Positions 25,367 to 33,864 of a DNA stretch of 64,000 nt are shown here, one piece after another (within the stretch, counting starts at the first letter, position 1; every line of letters begins with the position of its first letter). The position numbers were made by a program, and so were the translations under genes. Source of the DNA: Saprospiraceae bacterium (GTDB taxonomy: Bacteria; Bacteroidota; Bacteroidia; Chitinophagales; Saprospiraceae). The stretch covers positions 25,357-89,356 of the forward strand of contig JAEUUU010000013.1 of NCBI GenBank assembly GCA_016787345.1, given 5' to 3'. The notes beneath the pieces are model-generated. The model saw only the letters and a program-made list of their open reading frames with translations, searched no databases and was not told where the DNA came from.

Positions 25367-26038
25367 TCATTGCATTTGTACGCAGCGCCACTCCGATTTG
25401 CGCACTTCGGTATTGGTTGCCGGATTGTAAATACAAACCTGTCCGTAACCGACGGTAAAGCCGTTTTTCTCCCACTCGGCGCGCTCGGGGCAATCGGGCA
25501 TTTTGGTAACCTCTTTTTCGTCGGTAGGACGCAGGTACCAGAACTTGCCGTTGTCGAGCACTTCCGGGTCGCCGACGTATTCGGATTTCAGGACGGCTTT
25601 TTTGGTTTTGAGGTTAAACACCAAAATTTCCCGCAGGCTGGGACCCGTACCGATATCCATAAATAAAACATCGCCCACCACGCCGGCAAAAAAGCCGGTG
25701 ATGCCCGCGGGTACGTTGTATCCGTCGGCGCTGTCGAGTGGTGTGATGGTAATGGATTGGCCGGGTTGACTGTTCATATCGACCGTGCGGATTTTATACC
25801 GCTGGTACCGGTACTCGGCCGTGCCCGCCGCGGGCCGGGTGTAGGCGGCGCGTTCCATGCCTTTGAACCCGATAAGCGTGTCGCGTTCGGTACTGAACAC
25901 GGTGGTGTCGGGCGCCTGCTTGGCGTCGGCGGCTGCATCGGTTTTTTTATCGGCGGCATTGTTTTGGCAAAAACTGAACAGGAAAGCGAAAGCGGCGAAA
26001 AGCGCCAGAGAAAAGGCGTTTTGCAAAAAGCGATTCAT
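25367..26038 (-). CDS. Hypothetical lipoprotein
   Basis: Start trimmed to the ATG at 26038 ('MNRFLQNAFSLALFAAFAFLFSFCQN', lipobox-like Cys). It begins 11 bp after the stop of the VWA gene. No family recognised. Confidence 0.6.
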   Translation of the reverse strand: MNRFLQNAFSLALFAAFAFLFSFCQNNAADKKTDAAADAKQAPDTTVFSTERDTLIGFKGMERAAYTRPAAGTAEYRYQRYKIRTVDMNSQPGQSITITPLDSADGYNVPAGITGFFAGVVGDVLFMDIGTGPSLREILVFNLKTKKAVLKSEYVGDPEVLDNGKFWYLRPTDEKEVTKMPDCPERAEWEKNGFTVGYGQVCIYNPATNTEVRKSEWRCVQMQ

Positions 26039-26049
26039 AACGGGTTGGT

Positions 26050-27195
26050 TTAAGATTTTACGGACAAATCGTGTTGCCCGGCCCAGTACCGCAGGTCTTG
26101 CCGCTGGATGGCGGCGGCCATGAGATCGGGAAAGAGGGCCGGCGTGCACGCAAAGGTCGGAATATCCAGCGCAGAAAATGCAGCGGCATTGTCGTGATCG
26201 TAAGCAGGCGCGCCTTCGTCGTTGAGGGCCAGTAGCGCCACGACGGTAACGCCGGCCCTGCGGAGTGCCTGTGCGGTTTTCAGCATTTCCTGACGGTTGC
26301 CGCCTTCAAACAGGTCGCTGATCAGTACCAGGATGGTATCATGCGGGCGCTCCACCAGGGTTTCGGCGTAGCGCAGGGCTTTGTGAATATCGGTGCCGCC
26401 GCCCAGTTGGGCGCCAAACAGCAGCTCCACCGGGTCGTGCAGCCGGTCGCTGAGATCGACGACCGCCGTATCGAACGCCACCACATGGGTACGCAAAGAA
26501 CGGATAGAGGCCAGTACAGCGCCCAGGATGCCGGTATACACCACCGAACTGGCCATGGAGCCGCTTTGGTCGGAGAGCAGAATGACGTGCCGTAGGGCCT
26601 GCCCCTTGCGCCCGAAACCGTAGAGCGTTTCGGGGATGATGGCGCCCAGTTCAGGCTGGTAGGTTTTCAGGTTCTGGTGTACGGTGCGGCGCCAGTCGAT
26701 CTCGTTGTGGCGGGGGCGGCGTTTGCGCACACCGCGGTTGAGGGCGTTTTGCACGGCTTCCCGAAGCGGCAGGCGAAGTTTTTTCTCCAGTTCTTCCACC
26801 ACTTTCCGCACGACAGCCCGGGCGGTTTCGCGGGTTTGCGCGGGCAAAACCTGATTGAGCGACAGCAGGGTAGCCACGAGGTGCACGTCGGGTTCCACGG
26901 CGGCCAGCAATTCCGGTTCGAGCAGCAACTGGTGCAAACCCAGCCGTTCGAGGGCGTCGCGCTGCATGACCTGCACGACCGGCGTGGGAAAATAGCGCCG
27001 TATGTCGCCCAGCCAGCGGTTGACATTGGGAGACGAACGCCCCAGTCCGCCTTTGCGGTCGGCGTCGTACAGGGCTTCGAGCACGCGGTCCATCTGGGCC
27101 GAATCGCCGTCGAGCCCGATTTCCTGTTCCGGGTCGGCAGCGCGGCCAAGTATCAGTCGCCAGCGTTCAAGAGCAGATGCGGTGGGTGTCGACAC
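26050..27195 (-). CDS. VWA domain protein, CoxE-like (the type usually encoded next to DUF5682/MoxR-AAA genes)
   Basis: N-terminus 'ALERWRLILGRAADPEQE'. The VWA MIDAS-like motif 'ILLSDQSGSM' is followed by 'GGGTDI' and 'VLISDLFEGG'. Confidence 0.8.
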   Translation of the reverse strand: MSTPTASALERWRLILGRAADPEQEIGLDGDSAQMDRVLEALYDADRKGGLGRSSPNVNRWLGDIRRYFPTPVVQVMQRDALERLGLHQLLLEPELLAAVEPDVHLVATLLSLNQVLPAQTRETARAVVRKVVEELEKKLRLPLREAVQNALNRGVRKRRPRHNEIDWRRTVHQNLKTYQPELGAIIPETLYGFGRKGQALRHVILLSDQSGSMASSVVYTGILGAVLASIRSLRTHVVAFDTAVVDLSDRLHDPVELLFGAQLGGGTDIHKALRYAETLVERPHDTILVLISDLFEGGNRQEMLKTAQALRRAGVTVVALLALNDEGAPAYDHDNAAAFSALDIPTFACTPALFPDLMAAAIQRQDLRYWAGQHDLSVKS

Positions 27196-27398
27196 GGGTT
27201 TGTATTTTAGAAAAAAGATCGCATGGCTGGTTTTTCTTGTTTTTCAAAAACAAAACCATGTGTGGCATTTTTTGAAATAACCTAAAATATTTTTTGAATA
27301 AAAATAGGTTAAACAAACAAATGTTATACTTTTGAGAACGAAAAATAATGTCAAAACACTAAAAACGTCAACATTTTTCATTCACCAAACCAACTTTT

Positions 27399-27785
27399 AT
27401 GAACGCATTTTTATCTCTGGGTCGCTGGCTGTTTGCCATTCCTTTCGCCATTTTCGGGTTGTTTCACTTTATGAATGCGCAAGCCATGGCTGATTATGTT
27501 GTACCGGCCTACATGCCTGCAAAAGCCATTTGGGTGTATTTGTCGGGCGCCGGCCTGCTGGCTGCCACCGTCAGCATGCTGATCGGGAAGTACGACAAAC
27601 TGGCTACGACCCTGCTGGCGGTATTTCTGCTTTTGCTCGTCGTGATGGTACATTTGCCCGGTGCGATGGCTGGCGGTGAAGGCGCACAGGCTTCTACTTC
27701 CATGTTGCTGAAAGATCTTGCCCTGGCTGGCGCCGCGATGATGTATGCGTTGAATTATGCCAAAGATCGCTCCGTGATCGGCTGA
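27399..27785 (+). CDS. DoxX-family membrane protein
   Basis: 128 aa with four hydrophobic helices. 'LGRWLFAIPFAIFGLFHF' is a DoxX-like start. Confidence 0.75.
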   Translation: MNAFLSLGRWLFAIPFAIFGLFHFMNAQAMADYVVPAYMPAKAIWVYLSGAGLLAATVSMLIGKYDKLATTLLAVFLLLLVVMVHLPGAMAGGEGAQASTSMLLKDLALAGAAMMYALNYAKDRSVIG

Positions 27786-27824
27786 TTGTTTCAGACATAA
27801 CTAAATCGTTTTCTCGTATGATGG

Positions 27825-27853
27825 GCGCATCCGTTTCGGGTGCGCTCTTTTTT
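27825..27853. terminator. Rho-independent terminator candidate between convergent genes
   Basis: 9-bp stem 'gcgcatccg'/'cgggtgcgc' (one G-T pair), loop 'ttt', followed by 'tctttttt'. Confidence 0.55.
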
Positions 27854-27861
27854 ATGCTCTT

Positions 27862-28362
27862 TTATGCTCCGCTGCGCAGTATTTTTTGTTCGATACTGGT
27901 GGTGGAGTAGCCGTCGATGAATGGAAGGCTGAGCACTTGCCCGCCTTTTTCCAATACAAAATCGGCGCCCACGATTTGTTCGGGTTTCCAGTCGCCGCCT
28001 TTTACGAGCACGTCAGGCCCGATGGCGCGGATCAGGTCGAGCGGGGTGTCCTCGTCAAAAATCACCACCAGATCGACCACCGAAAGCGCGGCGAGCAGGT
28101 GGGTACGGGTGGCTTCGTCGTTGATGGGGCGGGTGGGGCCTTTGAGTCGTCGCACCGAGTCGCCGCTGTTCATACCCACCACGAGGCGCTGCCCCAGGTC
28201 GCGAGCCTGGGCCAGGTAATGCAAGTGGCCGTAGTGCAGCAGATCGAAGCAGCCGTTGGTAAATACCACGCGTTCGCCGGCGGACTGCCAGCGCGCCACG
28301 GTGTCGGCGGCTTGTTCGCGGGTTTGAATTTTTTGTTCGAGTTGGGCAAAATTGGTCATCAT
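27862..28362 (-). CDS. rfaE2: D-glycero-beta-D-manno-heptose 1-phosphate adenylyltransferase (RfaE domain II type cytidylyltransferase)
   Basis: 'VVFTNGCFDLLHYGHLHYLAQAR' nucleotidyltransferase HxGH motif. The size (166 aa) and 'GGDW' motif fit RfaE domain II. Confidence 0.85.
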   Translation of the reverse strand: MMTNFAQLEQKIQTREQAADTVARWQSAGERVVFTNGCFDLLHYGHLHYLAQARDLGQRLVVGMNSGDSVRRLKGPTRPINDEATRTHLLAALSVVDLVVIFDEDTPLDLIRAIGPDVLVKGGDWKPEQIVGADFVLEKGGQVLSLPFIDGYSTTSIEQKILRSGA

Positions 28363-28408
28363 TTACAAAAGCGCAGGAATAAAGGATTTGCTTCGGCAAA
28401 GGTACGGG

Positions 28409-29383
28409 TTATTCGCCCAGGGGCAGTTCTCCGGCCCAAACCTTCACGCGCGGGTACCGGTTTTTCATAGCCTCCCAGTTGCTTTTACCCATCACGCTGA
28501 TGGCCGTCGCCCAGGCGTCGGCTTCCGTGGCCGAAGGGGCTTTGACCGTCACGAGTACCCGGTGAGAAACGCCCCACCCTGTGCGCGGGTCGACGATATG
28601 GGAATAACGCCGCCCGTTGGCTTCGAGATAGCGGGCCGTGGCGCCCGAGGTGGTGATGCCGCAGTTGGACAGCAGCAGCGGCGCCGGCGCAAACTGGTCC
28701 GGAATAGCGACGCTCCAGCCCCGGACGCCGGGCGGCGGATCGCCCAGGGCAATGTCGCCGCCGGCATCGGCCAGGGCTCTTTTGATGCCGAAACGGCGCA
28801 GCACCCGCAGGCATTCGTCGGCAGCAAATCCCTGGCCGATACCGCCCAGATCGAGTTTCATTCCCTTGTTTTTCAATTCAACCCGCCGAGGGTTCCGGTA
28901 CAGGATCATGTTTTCCCAGTTGACCAGCGCGCGTGCCTCCTCGATCCGGCCGGTATCCGGCAATTCCTGCAAATGCCGGGCGCGGCGCCAAAGGCGGGTC
29001 AGCGGACCGACGGTAGGGTCGAAAGCGCCCCCGCTCCGGTGGGCGTACCGGGCCGACAAATGCAAAACACGCCATAAATCGGCCGAAACGGCAACTTTTT
29101 GCCCCGTGCCGGCCTGTTCGCAAAGGCGCATCAACTCGCTGTCGGGCCGGTAGTCGGACAGGATTACGTTGAGGGTATCGACGCGATCCACAACGGCCTG
29201 CGCAGCCCGCCGGGCCAGCAGCGTATCCGTCGCGTAAAAGACAAGTTTGAAGGTGGCGCCCATTTGGGGCCAAGTGTATTCGAATCGCTGTTCGGCCCCC
29301 GTCTGACGACCAGAAGTGACTGAACAGGCTCCGATGCCCATGAAGGCAAGGAGCAGCAAGGCTGGTAAAAAACGGCGCGGCAT
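28409..29383 (-). CDS. apbE: FAD:protein FMN transferase (ApbE family lipoprotein)
   Basis: ApbE-like core ('FDPTVGPL', 'LDLGGIGQGFAADE', 'SGATARY...RYSHIVDPRTG'). Start trimmed to the ATG at 29383 ('MPRRFLPALLLLAFMGIGAC'). The 44-aa extension in the track overlaps the upstream gene. Confidence 0.85.
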   Translation of the reverse strand: MPRRFLPALLLLAFMGIGACSVTSGRQTGAEQRFEYTWPQMGATFKLVFYATDTLLARRAAQAVVDRVDTLNVILSDYRPDSELMRLCEQAGTGQKVAVSADLWRVLHLSARYAHRSGGAFDPTVGPLTRLWRRARHLQELPDTGRIEEARALVNWENMILYRNPRRVELKNKGMKLDLGGIGQGFAADECLRVLRRFGIKRALADAGGDIALGDPPPGVRGWSVAIPDQFAPAPLLLSNCGITTSGATARYLEANGRRYSHIVDPRTGWGVSHRVLVTVKAPSATEADAWATAISVMGKSNWEAMKNRYPRVKVWAGELPLGE

Positions 29384-29390
29384 ATTGGGC

Positions 29391-29804
29391 TTATTGCACC
29401 CGGAAAAACTTGATCGTTTGTTCGGGATCGAATGCCTTGGGTCGCATCTCGGGGCGGGCGCCGGGTTCGTAGCGCATCCGGAACGAGGTGTCGCTTTGCC
29501 ATTCGAGGATGGCATACAGCAGTTTGCCCTGGTGCGGGCCGCTGTCGAAATCGCTCAGATCGAGTGCCGGCGGCGCCTGTTTGCAGTCGAGGGCATAGCG
29601 GAAACGCATGGTATCGTATTGGCTACCGAAACGGGTGAGCCAAAGCGCCGAGCCGCCGGCTTCGAAGATCAGGTCCTGTCCTTCGCGATTGCTCCACCGA
29701 CCGGTGAGTTCGTAGCAGTCGGGCGCCAGCTGGCACGACTGTAGTGCCAGCACTAAGCCGGTCATTAAAAGTAAAACGGATGTAAAGTGTTGGTTCATCA
29801 TCAC
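29391..29804 (-). CDS. Hypothetical lipoprotein
   Basis: 'LLLMTGLVLALQSC' lipobox. 137 aa. Co-directional with apbE, with a 7-bp gap. Confidence 0.6.
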   Translation of the reverse strand: MMMNQHFTSVLLLMTGLVLALQSCQLAPDCYELTGRWSNREGQDLIFEAGGSALWLTRFGSQYDTMRFRYALDCKQAPPALDLSDFDSGPHQGKLLYAILEWQSDTSFRMRYEPGARPEMRPKAFDPEQTIKFFRVQ

Positions 29805-29862
29805 GGCTCCGGATTTTTCGTTTTGTTTGACTGTATAGACAAGACTCGTGGAAAAAGGTTGA

Positions 29863-30253
29863 GGGGTTTTAGGTGTTGGGTTTTAGGTGTTGGGTTTTGG
29901 CAAAAGGTGCATTACTGCTCTCGAATCAGGTTTTAGGTTTTTGGGGTTGGGTTTTGGGGAAAGGGTTGTTGCTGCTCTCGAATCGGGTTTTGGGAGTTAG
30001 GTGTTGGGTTTTGGGCAAAAGGGGTGTTACTGCTCTCGAATCGGGTTTTGGGAGTTAGGTGTTGGGTTTTGGCAAAAGGGGTGGTTACTGCTCTCGAATC
30101 GGGTTTTGGGTGTTGGCAAAAGGGGTGTTGCTGCTCTCGGACAATGTCACGAGGCCAAGCCTCGCGCGAGCCGGGGTTAATTTCTGCCCGAATCCCGGGC
30201 ATATCCTGAGAGCCGCAACAACCCTTTTGCCAAAACCTAACACCCAACACCCC
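29863..30253. repeat. Composite intergenic repeat array, family C (copy 1)
   Basis: Four to five tandem ~58-bp units end in 'ctgctctcgaatc' at 29927, 29984, 30042 and 30100. A core 'ggacaatgtcacgaggccaagcctcgcgcgagccggggttaatttc' follows. One inverted unit '...cccttttgccaaaacctaacacccaacacccc' closes the array. Confidence 0.9.
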
Positions 30254-30255
30254 AT

Positions 30256-30981
30256 TCAAATCATTCCTTGGTCGGCAAAACTGTAATAGCCTCGTTCGGA
30301 AACGATGAGGTGATCGAGCAGGGGAAGGTCGAGCAATTCGCCGGCTTTTTTGATACGCCGGGTGAGATCTATATCGGCCTGGCTGGGTTGAAGGCTGCCA
30401 GAGGGATGGTTGTGCAGCACGATAACTGCTTTGGCGAGGGAATCGAGGGCCGTTTTAAACAATAGTTTGACATCCACGACGGTGCCGGCGGAGCCGCCGA
30501 CGCTGAGTTGCTGACGATGAAACACCTCATTGGACTTGTTGAGCAGAAGTACCCAGAATTCTTCGTGCGGCAGGTCGGTGAGCAGGGCGGCTACGATGTT
30601 GTAGGCATCCTGACTGCAGGAAATGCGCGGCCGATCACGCAGGTCGGACAGCTGGCGGCGGCGGCCGAGTTCGAGGGCGGCGGCGATCGTAATGGCTTTT
30701 GCTTCGCCGATGCCTTTAAAACGTTGTAATTCACCCAGGGTCCGTTTGCCCAGGTCGTGCAGATTGCGGTCGACGGTGTTCAAAATTCGCTGGGCCAGCG
30801 CGACCGCGCTTTCTCCGGCAGTGCCCGAGCCGATCAGGATGGCCAGCAACTCGGCATCGGTGAGGGCGTTTTTGCCCCGGAGCAGCATTTTTTCCCGGGG
30901 CCGGTCTTCTTCTGCCCAGGCGGTAATGGCGGGTGTACGGCTGTCGGACATGGCGGAGTCGGATTGATGTTCGGTATTCAC
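30256..30981 (-). CDS. radC: RadC-family JAB/MPN domain protein
   Basis: HhH region 'LTDAELLAILIGSGTAGESAV' and JAMM motif 'VIVLHNHPSGSLQPSQADIDLT'. The start could be Met11 (30951). Confidence 0.85.
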   Translation of the reverse strand: MNTEHQSDSAMSDSRTPAITAWAEEDRPREKMLLRGKNALTDAELLAILIGSGTAGESAVALAQRILNTVDRNLHDLGKRTLGELQRFKGIGEAKAITIAAALELGRRRQLSDLRDRPRISCSQDAYNIVAALLTDLPHEEFWVLLLNKSNEVFHRQQLSVGGSAGTVVDVKLLFKTALDSLAKAVIVLHNHPSGSLQPSQADIDLTRRIKKAGELLDLPLLDHLIVSERGYYSFADQGMI

Positions 30982-31065
30982 GGATACACGAAATTAACCC
31001 GACGGTTTTTCCCTGAACCTGTTTGACGCCGTTGTGCCCAAAATTTATTTCAAAAAACCGGGTGC

Positions 31066-31683
31066 TTATTTTGCCGAAACAGCCGGTACATGCTCCGGAC
31101 AATCGAGTCGCAAGTCTTTGTTTTCCAGTTTTTTAGCGAGCAACCGGCAATAGTGCCCCGATGGCCGCGACATGTAGTTGCTGCAGTTGTAACACATGCG
31201 ATCGAGCGTGACCACTCCCTTGCGCTGGAGGTTAAAAATGATCTGCAAGAGGTTTTCCAGCAAGGTGTTTTGCTGCTCTTCTCCCATTGTATCCAGCGGA
31301 AAAAGAAAGGGACTGGCAAAGTCGGCCGTTTGATCAGCCGCGGCGCGACCCGCATCGGTGAGCACCAGGGTATGGCTTCGGGCATCGACCGGGCTGGGGT
31401 CGCGCAGCACAAGCCCTTTTTGTTCCAGCGATTTTACCGCATCGCTGATGGTGGGCCGGCTCAGGTTGAATTCTTTAGCCAGTTGGCTCACCGTTGCCTT
31501 TTCCTGTTCGTGGTAACGGAGAAAAATCAGGATCTGGATTTGAATGGGGCTGATGTTCAGCACTTTTGCCCGATCCCACAACAAAACTCTGAATGCTTCC
31601 GAGAGGCGTTCCAGCGCGGCTACAATCCGGTAGTCTACACGCGTATTTTGCGCCTCCGGATTAAATATGGAGTGATCCATCAA
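31066..31683 (-). CDS. MarR-family winged-helix regulator with Cys-rich C-terminal extension
   Basis: MarR wHTH 'ATVSQLAKEFNLSRPTISDAVKSLEQKGLV...DARSHTL'. The C-terminus is 'CYNCSNYMSRPSGHYCRLLAKKLENKDLRLDCPEH' (CxxC-x11-C-x15-C-x2-H). Confidence 0.8.
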   Translation of the reverse strand: MMDHSIFNPEAQNTRVDYRIVAALERLSEAFRVLLWDRAKVLNISPIQIQILIFLRYHEQEKATVSQLAKEFNLSRPTISDAVKSLEQKGLVLRDPSPVDARSHTLVLTDAGRAAADQTADFASPFLFPLDTMGEEQQNTLLENLLQIIFNLQRKGVVTLDRMCYNCSNYMSRPSGHYCRLLAKKLENKDLRLDCPEHVPAVSAK

Positions 31684-31890
31684 TTATTTCAGGTTGAAAA
31701 AGGTTTTATGATAAACCGGGTTCTGAGGGCAAAATTATTTAGGATTCCTATTCTTGAAACATTCTTTTTGCAAACATCCGACCAAGTCGCTACGAGATCG
31801 AATTTTCAGGGCTTCGTCAGCTTTTATTATTTTCGCCCTTCATTCTAAAAAACTGATTATCAAACACTTTTGAGTGTACGCGAATTATCC

Positions 31891-33201
31891 ATGAAAAACG
31901 CTCTTTTTCCGCTCTTCTTCCTCGTATCGGCGCTCTCGCTGAGCGCCCAACCCAATGATGTGCCCGTACTCAGCGCCGCCGAAGCGGTTCAGATTGCATT
32001 GGCCAACAATTATGACATTCAGCTGGCCCGTGCCGACGCCGAAATCGCCCACCTGAATAATACCAAAGGCAATGCGGGCATGCTGCCCAATGTCGCCCTC
32101 GTAGCCGGCGACAATGCGACGCTGAACGGCCTGCAAATCCAGAACCTGGCCGACGGTCGCCTGATCGAAGCGTACGGCGTATTCTCCAACAACATCAATG
32201 CCTCCGTGCAACTGGAATGGACGCTGTTCGACGGCCGGCGCATGTACATCACCAAAAATCGCCTCAACGAAATTGAAGCCCTCGGCCAGATCAATTTGCA
32301 GGCCGCCGTGCAGCAAACCACGGCCGAGGTGCTGCTGCGCTATTACGACATCGTGCGCAGCCAGCAACAGGAACGCGCCCTTGCCGAGGTGATCGCACTC
32401 AACGAAGAACGCCTGCGCATCGCCGAAGCCCGGCTGGCCGCGGGTATGGCCGCTCAAACCGACGCCCTGCAGGCGCGCATCGACCTCAATCAGCGCAAAG
32501 CCGACCTGCTGGCCCAGCAAACGGCTACCCTCGTTGCCAAACGCGAACTCAACCGCTTGCTGGCCCGCGACCCCGGCACGTCCTTCACGGTAGATGAAGG
32601 TTTGCAGCCGGCCTACAACCCCGACCGCGAAGCCCTGTTGCAAAAAATCCAGACCCAAAACCCTGCCCTGTTATCGCTGCAAAAAAGCGCCGACGTAGCC
32701 GCTCTCTCCGTCCGGGAAGCCCAAACCCTCGGCAAACCGCGCATCGTCGGACTCAGTCAGCTCGGCGGCGCGCGCACCGACAACGGCGCCGGCTTCCTGC
32801 TCAACAACTCGTCCATGGGCCTCACCGTCGGCGCGCAGCTCAACCTGCCCCTTTACACCGGCGGCAACATCCGCAGGCAGGTGGAAGTGGCCAAAGTACA
32901 GGCCCAGCAATCGGCCACCCGGCTCGATGCCCAGCGCCTGGCGCTCAGCGCCGCGCTCGACGACCAGCTGGCCTATTACCAAACCTCGCGCCAGGCCCTG
33001 GCCCTGGAAGAAGAAAACGTGGTGAATGCCCGCGAAAACCTCAAAGTCAGCACCGAGCGTTTTCGCCTGGGCCAAACCAACGCTTTGGAAACCCAGACAG
33101 CGCAAAACAGCCTGGAACAGGCGCTGCTGCGGCGCAATCTGGCCTTGTATAATTTGAAAGTGGGGGAGCTGCAATTGAGGTTGCTGGCGGGGGAATTGTA
33201 A
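31891..33201 (+). CDS. TolC-family outer membrane efflux protein
   Basis: Signal peptide 'MKNALFPLFFLVSALSLSAQ'. Two OEP repeats with coiled-coil Ala/Leu/Gln composition. The ATG at 31891 is preferred over the upstream TTG at 31870. Confidence 0.85.
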   Translation: MKNALFPLFFLVSALSLSAQPNDVPVLSAAEAVQIALANNYDIQLARADAEIAHLNNTKGNAGMLPNVALVAGDNATLNGLQIQNLADGRLIEAYGVFSNNINASVQLEWTLFDGRRMYITKNRLNEIEALGQINLQAAVQQTTAEVLLRYYDIVRSQQQERALAEVIALNEERLRIAEARLAAGMAAQTDALQARIDLNQRKADLLAQQTATLVAKRELNRLLARDPGTSFTVDEGLQPAYNPDREALLQKIQTQNPALLSLQKSADVAALSVREAQTLGKPRIVGLSQLGGARTDNGAGFLLNNSSMGLTVGAQLNLPLYTGGNIRRQVEVAKVQAQQSATRLDAQRLALSAALDDQLAYYQTSRQALALEEENVVNARENLKVSTERFRLGQTNALETQTAQNSLEQALLRRNLALYNLKVGELQLRLLAGEL

Positions 33202-33269
33202 AATATGATCAAGTACAACCATCCTGCCCGGTTGATCGTCTTTTTCGGCGCATTTGGCCTTTTTATATA

Positions 33270-33776
33270 ATGCAGTTTACCATGGAAAACCTTCCCACTC
33301 TTGTTGAAATAGCCCCCCGACACCTTGTCGGTTTGCATATACGTACCTCAATGGAAGCCAATCAGACGGCGGAGCTTTGGAAAACATTCCGAATCCGGCT
33401 TCGGGAAATCGGCGCGCCGCCGCCGCGAAAGTTCTATTCCGTGCAGGTTTTTGATCCCGGCGCCAGTTTTGCCGCGTTCAGCCCCGACAGTTTGTTCGAC
33501 AAATGGGCCGCTATTGAACTGGATACCGATGCGGCGAAGCCCGAGGGCCTTGATATTTTGATCTTGCCTGCCGGCTTGTACGCCGTTTTTATCCATCACG
33601 GGCCAGCCCATTCCTTTCCGGGTACGCTGCAGTTTATTTTTGGTCAATGGCTCCCGAATTCAGATTATACACTGGATGCAAGGCCGCATTTTGAAATTAT
33701 GGACGAGCATTATCACCCGCTTGACCCCGACGCGCGGGAGGAGGTTTGGATTCCGGTCAGAATAAAAGAGAAGTAA
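33270..33776 (+). CDS. GyrI-like small-molecule-binding domain protein
   Basis: 168 aa. 'LVGLHIRTSMEAN..ELWKTF' and 'PHFEIMDEHY..DPDAREEVWIPV' are typical of GyrI-like/AraC effector-binding domains. Confidence 0.75.
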   Translation: MQFTMENLPTLVEIAPRHLVGLHIRTSMEANQTAELWKTFRIRLREIGAPPPRKFYSVQVFDPGASFAAFSPDSLFDKWAAIELDTDAAKPEGLDILILPAGLYAVFIHHGPAHSFPGTLQFIFGQWLPNSDYTLDARPHFEIMDEHYHPLDPDAREEVWIPVRIKEK

Positions 33777-33864
33777 GATTAATTCCGAATTGGCCCAACG
33801 TTCCACATTTCCCCCGCTGCCCAATAAATTTGCCCGCCGAGGGCGCTAAAAGCCCTTTTTTGTC

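Noticed and set aside
27263-27277. Sigma-54 promoter-like 'tggcattttttgaaa' upstream of the DoxX gene
   Set aside because: The spacing is off by one and the -12 element is GA instead of GC. Other TGGCAC hits (e.g. ~16896, ~29744) lie inside coding regions.
29863-30253. Possible CRISPR array (regular ~58-bp periodicity); the same question applies to 35211..35628
   Set aside because: The entire unit repeats with point differences, so there is no alternation of a conserved repeat with unique spacers. Inverted units and a shared core are present, and no cas genes are in the window.
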